A DNA stretch of 64,000 bases from the human T2T-CHM13v2.0 reference genome, Homo sapiens, in the NCBI RefSeq assembly GCF_009914755.1, contig NC_060931.1; one strand, given 5' to 3'. The notes beneath the pieces are model-generated. The model ran no database searches and was not told where the DNA came from. It saw only the letters and a list, made by a program, of their open reading frames with translations. Positions 1 to 25,649 of the stretch are shown here, in pieces. The position numbers and the translations under genes were made by a program. The number at the start of each line of letters is the position of its first letter. Positions within the stretch are counted from its first letter, which is position 1.

Positions 1-275
1 CTATTATTCTTAGCAAACTAATGCAGGAACAGACAGCCAAATACTGCATGTTCTCACTTATAAATGTGAGCTAAATGATAAAAAACTTATGAATACAAAA
101 AAGGAAACAACAGACATGGCTCTACTTGAGGGGGAAGTGGGGAGGGTGGAAGGAGGGAGAGGAGCAGAAAAGATAACTGTTGGGTACTGGGCTTAATATC
201 TGGGTGATGTGACATGTGTTTACCTATGTAACAAACCTTATCATGTGCCCCCAAACCTAAAAGTTTTTAAAAAAA
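1..275 (+). mobile_element. L1 3' UTR end (L1PA15-17/L1PB-like), truncated by window start
   Basis: caaatactgcatgttctcacttataa, G-rich tract, tacctatgtaacaaacct...aacctaaaagt and an A-rich tail. Confidence 0.85.
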
Positions 276-989
276 CTGTGATAACCTACAATAGGAATAA
301 AATACAATGCTAATCAACATTCTATAATACTATTAAATTTTAAAATAAAATTTAAAAATAAAAAATAAAATAATTTTATAATTCTAAAATTTAAGTCTGT
401 CACCATTCTCAAGAAAACTGTTATTTAATAAAGCCCAATGTTTTGATATTTACTGTTAATAAATGGCTTTTAGTGTTTAGTAATGACCAGAAAAATCTAA
501 AGATATTGCACAAATGAGTTTTTCCTAAGGTACAAGAAACACAGATTAAAGCTACTAATTTGAATTGGAAGAGAATCTGAATTAGAGTACTTTTTTGTAT
601 ACATACTATTATTTTATACATCAGATTGCTGTTGATACACTAAATTATCACAGATAATTTGGAAGACAGCTGGGCTATTAAAGTAGATTTTTAATAAATC
701 TGGTGTATTTCCTAAGCTGCTGCTCTCTGGTTTTAATAAATTAATTTTAAATAAAAGGACAGAGTTCACTGTTTAATTCATTTACATGTTTATATTTATA
801 TAAATGTACAAAAATCCAAGCACACACCCATTTTAATGGAATATTTTTTTCTATTACTGTTAGATTGGATCTCCCCTTGGAATCTTCACCCACACCAGAC
901 ATGTGTATATACACGCTGACTGCTACTCCCACAACACACGCCCACATTTTTGTATTTATGGCAGAGATCAGTAATTTATAATTATTCAA

Positions 990-1047
990 TACAAGTCCCC
1001 TCTTATCCAAGGGGAATACATTCCAAGATCTCCAATGGATGCCTGAA
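990..1047 (+). mobile_element. MER44/Tigger7-type terminal fragment
   Basis: gtcccctcttatccaaggggaatacattccaagatctccaatggatgcctgaa resembles the MER44 end. Confidence 0.55.
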
Positions 1048-1351
1048 GTATGTAATACTTGATGATAAACTATGCTACTGGTTTATGTATTTACTACACT
1101 ACACTTTTTATCATTATTTTAGAGTTTACTCCTTTCTACTTATGAAAAAAAGTTAACCGGAAAAGCAGCCTCAGGCGGGTCCTTAAGAAAATATTCCAGA
1201 AGAAGGCACTGTTATCAGAGATGACAGTTCCATGTCCAGTGGGACAAGATATGGAGGTGGAAGACAATGGTGATGATCCTGACCCTGTTTAGGTGTGGGC
1301 GAATGTAAGCATGTGTGTGTGTTTAACAAAAAAAAAAAATTTTTTTTTTTA

Positions 1352-1678
<327 letters not shown>

Positions 1679-1796
1679 GACATAGCTTACAGAGTAACAC
1701 TATGAAGAAAAATTTGTGTAAATATGTACAATGTGTGTTTTAAGCTGTGTTATTATAAAAGTTAAAATTTTTTTTAAATTAAGAAGTTTATAATAT

Positions 1797-2090
<294 letters not shown>

Positions 2091-2758
2091 GTTTATAATA
2101 TAAAAATGTTAAAGCAGCAAGCTAAGGTTAATTATTGAAGAAAATTTTTAATATAAATTTAGTGTAGCCTAACTATACAGTGTTTACAATGTCTACAGTA
2201 GTGTACAGTAATGTCCTAGGCCTTCGTATTCCCTCAACACTTACTCACCAACTCATCCAGAGCAACTTCCAGTCCTACAAGCTCCATTCATGGTGAATGC
2301 CCTAAACAGGTGTACCATTTCTTAATCTTTTATACCATATTTTTACTATACCTTTTTCATGTTTAGATATGTATAATACACAAATACCATTGTGTTACAA
2401 ATGCTTTCAGTATTCACTACAGCAACATACCATACAGGTTTGTAGCCTAGGAGCATAGACTATACCAAATAGCCTAGGTGTACAGTAGGCTGCACCATCT
2501 AGGTTTGTGTAAGTACACTCCATGACATTCACACAACAACAAAATAATCTAATGATGCATTTTTCAAAACTAGCCATATTGTTAAGCGATGCATAACTGT
2601 ACATTTCCATTTCTAGGACAGAGCATTTCAGTTTTTAGTAATGTTTACTTTTATCTTTCACCATCTGTGTATTTTCCAGGAAACTCAAGTTTAACTCTTT
2701 TTAAAACGAAAGATCCTATTAGGCATATACTATGTATCAGACATAATACTAGGCATTT

Positions 2759-2782
2759 ATGATGATCATGATGATGATGATG
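2759..2782 (+). repeat. (ATG)n microsatellite
   Basis: atgatgatcatgatgatgatgatg. Confidence 0.85.
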
Positions 2783-3025
2783 TTGCTCAAGGAAGAAATA
2801 TTAATGATTAATAAATTTACTAAGCACTCTGTCACCTTCACTCTGTTTACACAGGCAAATTTCAGGTTCTTCAAGATTTCAAAATTTATCAACTACGGTC
2901 TAAACATAGCTATGCAAACTACTGTGCAAATCTGTCTATTCCATGCTGCCACTACTTTCCCCACCATCGCTGTGAGTCAGCCTTCTTTAGTCAACACTTT
3001 ATGATGTAAAGACATAAAATTTCTG

Positions 3026-4301
<1,276 letters not shown>

Positions 4302-5414
4302 ATTTACACATCTATTCCTTCCCTGGACTTTTGCTTAGAGTACCTATTGGTATGTTTTCCACTTTCCCTTTACAGCAAATTAGCATGTAGTTCACTATAT
4401 GTCAGAATCAATTCAAACCCTTATGCCTTACTCTTAATATTATACTTATTATCTTCCTTTTTTAATATTTACCTTCCATCCAAGGAAGGCTACAAAGAAA
4501 TAGAAGAGGATATGGGACCAAGGCCTGAGTAACTCCAACCTTTAGAGACTGTAATGGAGAAAGAAGCAGCATGTGAAGACCACAGAAGGTTCTCAAGAAG
4601 GGTAGGAAAGAAATCAGGGGTGTAATGGCAGTGAAGATTGAGAAAACTGAACAAGTTTGACAAATAATCTGTCAGGAGGATAGATAATTATTGATGATGA
4701 TAAACGGAAGAGCAGGAGGTTTCAAGTATGATTCCCAGTATAACTCTGAGGGATGCCCAAGAACATTTGTTTATTCAACAAATTATTTATTGAGTATCTA
4801 GTATATACATCAGGTACTTTTCTAAGCATAAGGATCTCTTTAGTGAACATATCTAGAGTTCAGAAGAGAGGTAAGAGCTGATGAAATACAAATTTTGGAA
4901 TCAGACATATTTAGTATTTAAATATTTGAGAATGAACAATGCTTCCTGGACCTTCTCATTTATGTGAAACAAAAATTCTCTTTTTGTTTAAGCTAGTTTG
5001 GTCAAGTTTTATGTTCTTTGCAACAGAGTTCTAACTGACATATCCTCTTCACTGGATCTTCCTCCTTCAGCTTCACCTTTAACTCAATCTACAAAAAGCA
5101 GTCAGGTGTAAAAATGTAATTTGATGGTTTTATTCTCCTACATCACTTCCATGGCTTTTTTTATACTTGGGATAAAACCCTCCTTAATATGAACTATAAG
5201 GTCATTTATGGTATAGCCTTGACTTACCTCTCACCTCCATTCCCCTCTATCACTATGGTCCAGGGGAAAATAGTTTTAAACATATATTTCCTATATGGCC
5301 TAGCAATTCCAATTCTATATATTAACCCAAGAAAAATGAAAACATACATCCACAAAAGGGCTTATACATAAATGTTCATGAGCAGTTTTTTGTTGTTGGT
5401 GGTGATGTGTGGGT

Positions 5415-6029
<615 letters not shown>

Positions 6030-6087
6030 TGTTCATAAGCAGTTTTATTCATAATAGCCAAAACAGAAAGAACCTCAATGTCCACCT

Positions 6088-6183
6088 GGCCAGGCACAGT
6101 GAGCTGGTTGCAGTGAGCTGAGATTGTGCCACTGCACTCCAGAGTGGGCAACAGAGCTAGACTCTGTCTTAAAAAAAAAAAAA
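6088..6183 (+). mobile_element. Internally deleted mini-Alu
   Basis: Alu 5' end joined to the last ~80 nt; TSD aacctcaatgtcca at 6071-6084 / 6182-6195. Confidence 0.9.
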
Positions 6184-7475
6184 CCTCAATGTCCATCAAC
6201 ATGTAAATGAATAAATGAACTGTGGTATACTCATTCAACAGAATACTAAATACTACTCGTCAATAAAAAAGAAGTGCTAATAGGTGAAACATGAACAAAC
6301 CTGGAAAGCATTATGCTCAGTAAAAGAAGCCAGTCACAAAATTATGCCATTTATATAAAACTCCATAACAGCCACAACTAAGCTCTGGTGACAGAATCAG
6401 AACAAAGGTTGAATCTGGGAGACAGGTATTGAGTAGGAAGGAGTATGAGAGAAGCTTCTGGAGTGATGGAAATGTTCTATATCTTGATAAAGATGTGGGT
6501 TACACAGGTGCATGCATTTGTCAAAACTCATCTAACACTTATTTAAGATTATGTATTTCATTGTATATAATTGACCTCAAACTTAAAACAGATTTTTAAG
6601 CCATGAACAAAATCTCGACTTAATTCCATGTCTGCAGAACCCTTACAGTTAAGCCTACTATATGTAATTTCATTCCACTATTCGGCTGGTGGTGAAGACT
6701 TGGAGGGAAGCACCCAACAGTGGGTTGAGGGAGAAAAGGTAGTCTTTTAGAACATACCTTGCAACTCTAAACTCTGGTATACTCAGAACAGTTATGCTAA
6801 ATTACATAGTAAACCTTCAGTGAGAAGACTGGGAGACAGTATGGAAACAGAGATAAGAGATTCTGATTAAAAAAAAAAAGTCTCTAAGCATGCCAATTCA
6901 TTCAGAGACCACTCAAACAAACGAAAACAGTTGATACTTTTAAGAAACTTAAGACACTTTATTATAAACTTATAAAATCTGAGGGTCCTCAAAAAAACCA
7001 TTAAACTGTAGAATATTTTGCAATTATTATGAGTTGTGACACATGCCTAAAAGTAGCATCTTCCTAACTAAAATGGTAATAAGTATGCATAAAAGAATCA
7101 AGTTAAAGACTAAGTTTAAAGAAATCTGATAAAATTATGTTTTGGGAAGCAAGATTATCAAGACATAAAATTATAGGCAGAATAGCAGCCTTGAAAGTAA
7201 ATTATCTATTTTATGTATATATGTATGTATTTAATTATTGTCTTTTATCAGCTGGTCGGAGATAATAAAAAGTAAACTATTGACCCATACACTCTTCCGT
7301 TCTCTGAACTCTACAGCTCCTGTATATACAATGACTTGTATTATTCCATAAGTGTCTTACGTTATACACGTAAATCTTGGCACTCCGCTAGCCAATATAT
7401 TGGCACCTTGAGCAGTGTTCCTATGCCTAGCGGAGAGTTGGAAGGCATGCTGACTAGCTGAAGGAGACCTTACTA

Positions 7476-8637
<1,162 letters not shown>

Positions 8638-9015
8638 ACAATTTATAGTCTTACTGACATTAAGAAAAGATTGATTCACGTACCTTAGAATGTAGTTTTA
8701 ATGTTTTAATAAAACTGTTGGCTTGGAGGTTTGAATAAGAGTCCTGAAAGTGTCATAAATGGGAAAGTATATAAAAATATTAATTCAAACTCCTATATAA
8801 GTATTCCTTATTTTCTAATAAATGAACTAATAACATGCCTTATTTTAAATCATTTCCAAGCATCTCTTAAGTTATTTACAATTTAAAAACCATATTCAAA
8901 AGCAATAAGGAAAAAGTGGAGCTACCCTAATAATTTTTGGCTAAATAAAACAAAAACAATAAGAAAAACTAATAAACATGACAGTTTTCCATTTATTTCT
9001 CTGAAAAATTTATTA

Positions 9016-10160
<1,145 letters not shown>

Positions 10161-11211
10161 CTAAACAGGTTTAGATTCAAAACACTAGTGCAGTGCATAG
10201 TAGTCTACACAGCCAAATGCTCTGGTTAGGAGTTTAAGTTTTGCATGTCTCTAATCTGCTTCTGACTTCTTGTTCCTATTAAATTTCTATACAAAATAAC
10301 TGAAAATGTAAATGAAAGAAAATTCACAAGACCATTTTACTCTTAGTTCATTAGGTAAAACATTTTAAAATACTGATACCTAATTTTAAAGGAAGTATAT
10401 TAAAATTGAAATGCTTATACACTGCTGATGACATTACAAATTGCCTCAATCTTTTTGAAAATTAATGCAAAAACCAGAATGATGGTAATATCCTCTGATC
10501 TAGTAAGTTCATGTCTAGAAATTTTACTTAAGCAAAAAATTTAAAGAAATGTGCGCTGTTTCAACCTTGCCTAGCACTTCAGAGTCAGTATTACAGTCAA
10601 TTTAAATGAGCTAGAGCCTGGTTTAAGGCAGTGTAAAGATCTATATTTGAGACATCCAAATTGCCATCCTGTACTCCAAAGGTGTTATCTGTATGACAGA
10701 ACAATAAATGAAATCTACAAAATAAAACTTTATCAAAGCTAAGGATAAGTCACAAACAAGCCAAATTCTACATTTTAGAATCTCATCACTGGAACACAAA
10801 GGCTCCAGAACAAGAGGCCAACATTATGACCAGACTTTCAGGGTGAAGAAACATATAAAACACAAAAGAAACGAAGATATTCTGAGACTCAAGGACAGAG
10901 TCAATCAACAAAATTAAGCATATCATGACTAAAATTATACCTGGTAAACTACAGTGCTGTCTAAAAATTGATGATTACAGAATTTTAGTGTGCAATATTT
11001 GACGTAGGAAAGCTCTCAGTGTGCAGTGAAATGGTTAAAAAAATTTTTAATTAAAAAAACTGAATTTGGTAGAAGTACAAAAGAAAACTAACAAACACAA
11101 AGCTACAATTTACAAAATTAAGAACAAAAATCAGTTCAATAAAGTAAATGTTCATTCTAAAATGTAAAAGGAAAATAATCCCAGTAAAAATAATTTGAGT
11201 AAAATAAAAAT

Positions 11212-12958
<1,747 letters not shown>

Positions 12959-14044
12959 TCACTGGATGATCAGAATTAAAATCAATAAAAGGACACCCAT
13001 TAACTTTTGTTTCCATCTTTTAAAGTCCTAATAAAAACCACTGTAAACAATTCCTGTGTATTCTTATAGACACACCCAATATATACATAAACATACACTC
13101 ACGAATATATCTTGTAGTACCCTCTTTTAATTGAAAAGGAAAAGAATGAGTACATTGTTCTGAACCCTTTTTCACTTTACGTGACACTGCATATTCTTCC
13201 ATCTTAATAGATGCATCTCTACTTCATTCTTCTTCATGGCTGCAATACATTTCATCATACAGATGGACAAATAATTTAATAAACACACAACTGACCCTCC
13301 TGTTTCCAATCTGGTAACACACGCACTTGAACATATAATCCTGTATATTAGTATAACAAAAACAAACTCATTCTATAAAACTTGATTCACTGAACAATAA
13401 ATTCATGGAAATTACCAAATTTACATATTTATTTCAAAGAGCTGAACCACTCAGACACATAATCCTTATATTTTATGCCAATATATATTTTATGTTGATA
13501 TATGAATACACTATATGTACTTCTGTGTGTAAATATGTTTATATTTAATATAATAGATATGTGCTTATTAACATGCACAAATATGTATTTATTAAAATCA
13601 AATGTGGTGTTATCTGTTTATAAATATTAATTTGTGAAAACATATTTATATGTATTACTATACTAATTAACATATTTGCTAATTATTCTAGTCATTATAA
13701 TTCTTAATTTGTCTTTCATGATGATATTTCACATTCTTATTTGAATGAAATATTTTATTGTTCCAGTTGTTAGGTAATTTTATTATTATTCCCCAATGTC
13801 TCAACTAAGGTATCACTCTTAATTTTTATAGCAATTAAGAACCAAAATATTGGCATTTCTTACTGATGCAGTTGCCTATTTTTCAACACACATTTATGAT
13901 AGATGTATGTTACAGTTATAGTGAAATAATAATTACTGGTTGTGAAATGTTTTTCTGGATATTGAATATATTCATAAAAATCAACCAGGCCATGACCCTT
14001 AGCTTACAAGTTGAACAGTCCTTTAAATGATATTATAAGAATAG

Positions 14045-15500
<1,456 letters not shown>

Positions 15501-16389
15501 AATTTGAGAGTTTATGTATTTTATAATGAGAAAAATTCCTTTAAAACTAATTAAATTCTGAAGAAACAAGTATAAGAAACATTAAAAGTACAAACTGGCT
15601 TTAAACTACTAACAATCTAAAAAAAGTTCACATAATAAGATAACTTGCAAAAAATGCTGCTTATTTTAGGATTTTGAAATTATGAGTTTTTCTAAATTCC
15701 TTTTTCAAGATTTTCTCCAGTGTTATTATTATGCTGATTTTCTGTTAACAATAATTTCTAGTAGTCTGGGAGTAAAGAATAACCACCACGGCTTTTTATG
15801 CCACCTAGGGTTTTGATTTCTTGTCACTGGTCCACTAAGTTTTCAGTTGCCCAGTGCCAAAACTTGATCATAATCATTGATATAGCACTCTCCTCCATTC
15901 TCTAAATCCTAGTCATTAAATCTCACTTATTTATTTAAGAATTCTCTTTTTATATACCCTTTGGTCTCCACTTCAAGTGGATTACTAATATAGGAAATAA
16001 AGGAATCTGAACTGACTCCTTACCATAATTTCTCTCATCTACAATTCAACTTACATACAGTCCTATTTGATTAACTTCCCTTCAAACCAGTGCCTACCAA
16101 ACTTGATCACACAGTCTTGTCAAAAATGCAGATTCTGGAAATGTTGTATTTTTTTCTTTAAGAGATGAGGTCTTGCTCTGTTGCCCAGCCTGGAGTGCAG
16201 TGGCATGACATAGCTCATTGCAGTTTCAAATTCCTATTAGAACCATTGCAGAGGCATTCATCTGTGTCCCATGAAATGTCTTTTAGGAATACAAATGTTC
16301 CTTCCATTTTGTTCCTGGCTATAAGCTTAATATACAATTCCTAAATCATATATATCCACTTAATTCATGTAATTCCACATATTTAGAGA

Positions 16390-17818
16390 CAACTAATTTT
16401 CAATATAAGTGCCAAGAGCATACACTGAAGAAAGGACAGGCTAATTTGTGCTGGGAAAACTGGATATCTATATGCAAAAAAAAAAAAAAAAATGAAACTG
16501 GATCTCTCTCTCTCTCACCATATTAAAAAAATAGTCAAGATGGATTAAAGACTTAAACGTAAGACCAAAAATATAAAACTGGAAAAAAAAAAAACACATC
16601 AAGACATTGGTCTAAGCAAAGATTTTTATGGCTAAGACCTCAAAAGCTCAGACAACAAAAATAAAAATAGACAAATGGGACTATATTAAACTGAAAAGCT
16701 TTTGTACAGCAAAGGGAATATCTACATAATGAAGAGATAACCTGTTGAATGAGAGAAAATATTTGCAAACTATTAATGTGACAAGAGACTAATATCCAGA
16801 ATATACAAGAAACTCAAACCATTAAAAAAAACACAGATAATCCCATTAAAAAGTGGGCAAAGGACATGAATAGACATTTCTTAAAAGACATAAAAATGGC
16901 CAACAAGTATATGAAAAAAATGTTCAACATCACTAATCATCAGGGAAATACAATTCTAAACCACAATGAGATATTATCTTACCCCAGTTAGAACGGATAT
17001 TTCTTAAAACACACGGACACACACACAATAACAGATGCTGGCAAGCATGCAGAGAAAAAGAGAACTCTTAAACACTGTTGGTGGGAATGTAAATCCATAC
17101 AACTACTATGAAAAACAGTATGGAGAATTCTCAAAAAACTAAAAGTATCATTATCATATGATCTGGCAATCCCACCACTGTATTTATACAAAAGAAAAGA
17201 ATCAGTGTATCAAAGGGATACCTGCACTCATGTGTTTATTGCAGCACTATTCACAACAGCCAAGACAAAGAACCAACTTAAGTGTCCATCAGCAGATGAA
17301 ATAAAGAAAATGTAGTATATATACACAATGGATTTGGCATTCAAAGAATGAAATCATGTCATTTGCAGCAACATAGATGAGCTGGAGGTTATTATATTAA
17401 GTGAAATAAGCCAGGCACAGCAAGACAAATACTGCATGTTCTCACTCATATGTAGAAACTAAAAGAGTTAATCTTATAGAAGTAGCAAATAGAATTATAG
17501 ATACTAGAGGCTGCAGAGGGTGGGTGGGTGAGAGGGGATAAAGAGAAGTTGGTTAATGAGTACAAAATATACAGTCAAATAGAAGAAATAACTTCTAATG
17601 TTCAATAGCAGAGTACTGGTGACTATAGTCAGCAACAAAGTACTGTGTATTTCAAAGTAGCTAGAAGAAAGAATTTTAAATGTTCCCAACACAAATAATA
17701 AATATTAAAGGTGATAGATACCTCAAATGCCCTGACTTGATCATTACACATTCTATGCATATAATACTCACATGTACTCCATAAATATATGATATTATGC
17801 ATCAATCTAAAAAATTAA
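16390..17818 (+). mobile_element. L1MA-type element: ORF2 3' remnant plus 3' UTR
   Basis: tgctgggaaaactggatatc, atggattaaagacttaaacgtaagacc, caacatcactaatcatcaggga, ctgacttgatcattacacattctatgcat. Confidence 0.9.
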
Positions 17819-17864
17819 AGAAACTGAATTCATAGTTTAAAAGCTCCCAATAAAGAAATCCTAG

Positions 17865-20953
<3,089 letters not shown>

Positions 20954-21656
20954 GGTTTTTTGTTTCTGTAGATATAGATAAACATATTCTAAAATTTATA
21001 TGGAAAGGAAAAGTCCTAGGAGACCTAAAGCAGTTTTGTGAAAACAAAAAACAAGTAGAATTATGCCTCCCGATATTAAGGATAACTATACCGCTACAGC
21101 AATTAAAACTGTGGTACTGATGAAGAAAGAGACATATAGACTAATAGAACAGAACAGAAAACCCAGAAATGTGTCCACACAAATATGCCCAAATGATTTT
21201 TCGCAATGATGCACAAGCAATTCAATAAAAGAAGGACAGCCTTTCCAATAAATGGTGCGAGAGCAATTGCGACTTCCATGGATGGGGAAGGGAAGGGGGA
21301 AGGGAAGCGGGACAAGAAGGGGGAAGAGTTATCAACCTAAACCACTTACTTTATACAAAAACTAGATCCAAATGTTATCACACACTTAAATGTAAAACGT
21401 AAAAGTATAAAACTTTTAGGAAAAAACTTAGAGAAAATCTTCAGGCATTGGCACTAGGTAAAGAGTTGTTACACTTGACACCAAAAGCACGATCCACAAA
21501 AGGAAGAACTGCTATACTGAACCTCATCAAAATTAAAAACTTTCACTCTGTGAATAACCCTACAAAGAGGATGAAAAGACAAGTTAAAACCAGGGAGAAA
21601 ATACTAGCAAACCACATATCTGACAAAGAACTAGTATCCAGACTGTATAAAGCACT

Positions 21657-21745
21657 CACCAAAATCTCACAAATCACCGCTAAAGAACTTAACTAAATAC
21701 CACCTGTACCCCAATAACTTAATAGAAAAATAAAAATAAAATGAA
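21657..21745 (+). mobile_element. Short 5'-truncated L1PB-type 3' end nested in the older L1
   Basis: accaaaatctcacaaatcaccgctaaagaact...aaataccacctgtaccccaataact plus A-rich tail. Confidence 0.7.
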
Positions 21746-22825
21746 AGAGAAGAAAATGAGATATCTAGAAAAGTCTCAAGAGATTAAAAAAAATCTAACA
21801 GTAAAGATAACCAATTTGAAAATGGACAAAAGACACAAACAGACAATTCACTGAAAAGGAATTACGAAAGGCCAATAAGCATATGAAAAAATGTTGAACA
21901 TCTTTAGCCATTAGGGAATGCAAGAAAACACCACAATAAAATATCACTACGGATCTCTTGGAATGACTACAATGAAAAAACTGGTAACACCCTATCTGGC
22001 TAGAACACAAAGAAACTGGACCACTCATTTAATGCTTATGAGAATGCAAAATTGTACTCACATACTGGAAAATACTTTACCAGTTTCTTTGAAAACTAAA
22101 TGCATACTTACCAGATGACCCAGCAATTTTGCTCTTGGGCGTTTATCTGAGAGAAATAAAAACTTATGTTATATGAAAACATGTACACAAATGTTCATAA
22201 CAGCTTTTAGTTGAGCCAGAAACTGAAAAGAACCAAAATGTCCTTCAGTGGGTAAATAGCTAAACTGTGGTATACCCACACCACTGAATACTACTCAGCA
22301 ATAAAAAGGAACAAAGAGTTAATATACACAACACAGATGAACTCAGAAATTGTTCTTTTGGGGCACATAAGAATAGTCTCCTGAGGCTGTGTCACAGGAC
22401 AAAAACAAAACAAAGCACTTTTTTTTAAAGAAATGTTTATGAATCAATCCAAATCTAGGTCTAGAGAGCCAACAGAAATCAGTCCTATCCTCAAAGCATA
22501 AAAAAAATAAAAAAGGTAAAGAGTACTAAGATCCAGAAAATTAACAAGCAGTAAAATTTTTGTTTCAGTCTGTCAAGATTATCCTTCCATTAAGCATCCA
22601 AAAATGTGAACTTTTATGACTTTGCTATTTTCTTACATCCCCAAATTCCTATTATCTGTATTATCTCTACTTTTTCTACCCTAGATATCTTTTGCTCTCA
22701 TTGTCCTTGTTTATAAAACCTATGTTTTCTCAATTACAACCATTTAAAAAAAAGTTTTAGCTTGTTGGCCCAATCTTTTTTTTTTTTAATACTCTTCCTG
22801 TAAATGTGCTTTTATATGATTTTCT

Positions 22826-24098
22826 TTTCTTTTCTTATTTTTGGAGACAGGGTCTCCCTCTCACCCAGGCTAGAGTGCAGTGATGCCATCACAGCTTACT
22901 GCAGCCTTGATCTCCCAGACTCAAGCAATCCTCCCACCTCAGCCTCCCAAGTAGTGGTGGTGGTATACACCACCACACCCAGATAATTTTTTTTTGTAAA
23001 TTTTTTGTAGAGATGCAGTATCCGTATGTTTCCCAGGCTTGTCTGGAACTCCTAGGCTCAAGTGATCCTCCCACCTTGGCCCCAAAATGTGCTGGGACTA
23101 CAGATGTGAGTCACCACACCAGGTCTAATTTTCCGTACCTAAGCAGGTATTATGGACTCTTTCGAGTCGGTAAGAACAATAAAAGTAATAGTTCTTCAGT
23201 AAATAAATTATTTCCAAATGCCTAACAAAGCCACTTTTGTTAGTACATTGATAGTAGCAATATGAATTGCTATTATCTCATGCATTGCTTTTTAAAAAAA
23301 AATCAGAATTGATATTAGATTGTGGAATACTTTCAAAATATACTTTTCGAGCACAGAGGCCAGGCACGGTGGCTTACGCCTGTGGTCCCAGCACTTTGGG
23401 AGGCCAAGGCAGGCGGATCACGAGGTCAGGAGATCGAGACCACCCTGGCTAACACGGTGAAACCTCGTCTCTACTAAAAATACAAAAACAAAATTAGCCG
23501 GGCATGGTGGCGGGCACCTGTAGTCCCAGCTACTCGGGAGGCTGAGGCAGGAGAATGGCGTGAGAACCACTGGGAGGCGGAGCTTGCACTGAGCTGAGAT
23601 AGCGCCACTGCACTCCAGCCTGGGCGACAGAGTGAGACTCCGAGACTCCGTCTCAAAGAAGAAAAAAAAGAAAAAAAAAGCATTCTTTAAACTCTACATA
23701 AATCTTGTTTTCAAGGATTTTTTTCAAAAAAAAAATTAATATAAATAAAACCATAAACTTAAGTCTTTTTTTGAGCTCTGTTACCCAGGCTGGAGTGCAG
23801 TGAGTGGCATGATGTCAACTCACTGCAACCTTCACCTCCCAGGTTCAAGCGATTCTCTTGCCTCAGCCTCCTGAGTGGTACGACTGGTACTGAATGGTAC
23901 GATTCTCAGCCTCCTGAGGCAAGACAATCGTACCACTACAGGCACATGCCATCACACCCAGCTAAATTCTATATTTTTAGTAGAGAAGGGGTTTCACCGT
24001 GTTGGCCAGGCTGGTCTTGAACTCCTGACCTCAAGTGATCCGCCCGCCTCGGCCTCCCAAAGTGCTAGGATTACAGGCGTGAGCCACTGTGCCCAGCC
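22826..24098. mobile_element. AluJ (-, ~22826-23124), AluY (+, ~23358-23680), AluS (-, ~23765-24098)
   Basis: Alu motifs; AluY diagnostics in the middle copy. Confidence 0.92.
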
Positions 24099-24720
24099 TA
24101 AACTGAAATCTTTGAAGAAAAAAAGCTAATAGTGGCTGTTAGAGTCTAAGTTTATAAAAATGTACAAAATGTGTGCCAGTAGAATGAGTCAGTGCAGGTG
24201 TTTTGTTTATTTGCTGGGTTTTATGTTAAAGCAGACAAAAATCTCTTTCCTCGTATGTAACTTTTTCAATGCACTTTTTTACCTGATAAAATTTGCCTTT
24301 ATTTTAAATTTTAAAATTATGTTATCATGGAGGAATTATAGAATGTATTATTATTAATAGTCCTAATATTAAGAAGGAAAGCAAATAAAAGATCAACTCT
24401 GATACTCATAATTTCAAATTCCCTTTTCAAAATTCTCCCAAGCAATGTAGAGAAAGAATAAGTTATGCTTGTGTAGTACTACCATGGGTAAGGTATGGCA
24501 AAAGTCAAAGAGTTTTTAAAAAAAGGAAAAAGAAAACTCAAGACTTGACAAAGTTAGGACTAAGAAGGATAAAAACATAAAAGTTGTTCCTTCAGAAAAA
24601 AACAAATTATTTTATAATACATAATACCAAAATCATATTTTAGTGAATATATAACAGATCATTAACAGAGTTAAAAACAACTTCAGAAGTTTTAGGGCCA
24701 AAGAGAAATATAAGTTTAAG

Positions 24721-25345
<625 letters not shown>

Positions 25346-25571
25346 AAGGTCTAAGAAACAGCTTGAGAAAACAGGAATATATCTACCTTCAGACCAAGAG
25401 ATTAAATATTATAATCTAAAAGAATGCAAAATCAATAGTTAACATATATACAATGCCACAACAGTGATATGATTGTTGATCCCACTACATGAGCCTCTCT
25501 GAAAGAGAATCAAAGGAAAACTGATTAAAGAACATTTGCCTCTAGAGAAAAGAATGTAAACAGATAAAAGA

Positions 25572-25649
25572 AATGAACTGTGAAGTTCTTTTTATGCCAA
25601 CCAATCTCCAAGGTTCTTTATATACAGTGTAGTATATAACTCCTCTAGA
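25572..25649 (+). repeat. Arm 1 of a 78-bp inverted repeat
   Basis: Reverse complement matches 27419-27496 at 75/78 positions. Confidence 0.95.

Noticed and set aside
2759-3004. Met-rich ORF MMIMMMMM...
   Set aside because: Produced by an (ATG)n microsatellite
13380-14040. Very AT-rich stretch possibly from an old DNA transposon
   Set aside because: No terminal repeats or family motif I could recognise
21448-22118. ORFs resembling L1 ORF2p
   Set aside because: Frameshifted relics of an old L1, already covered as a mobile element
22350-22415. Short segment resembling a MER4/MER41-group LTR piece
   Set aside because: Too short (~50 bp) to assign by eye
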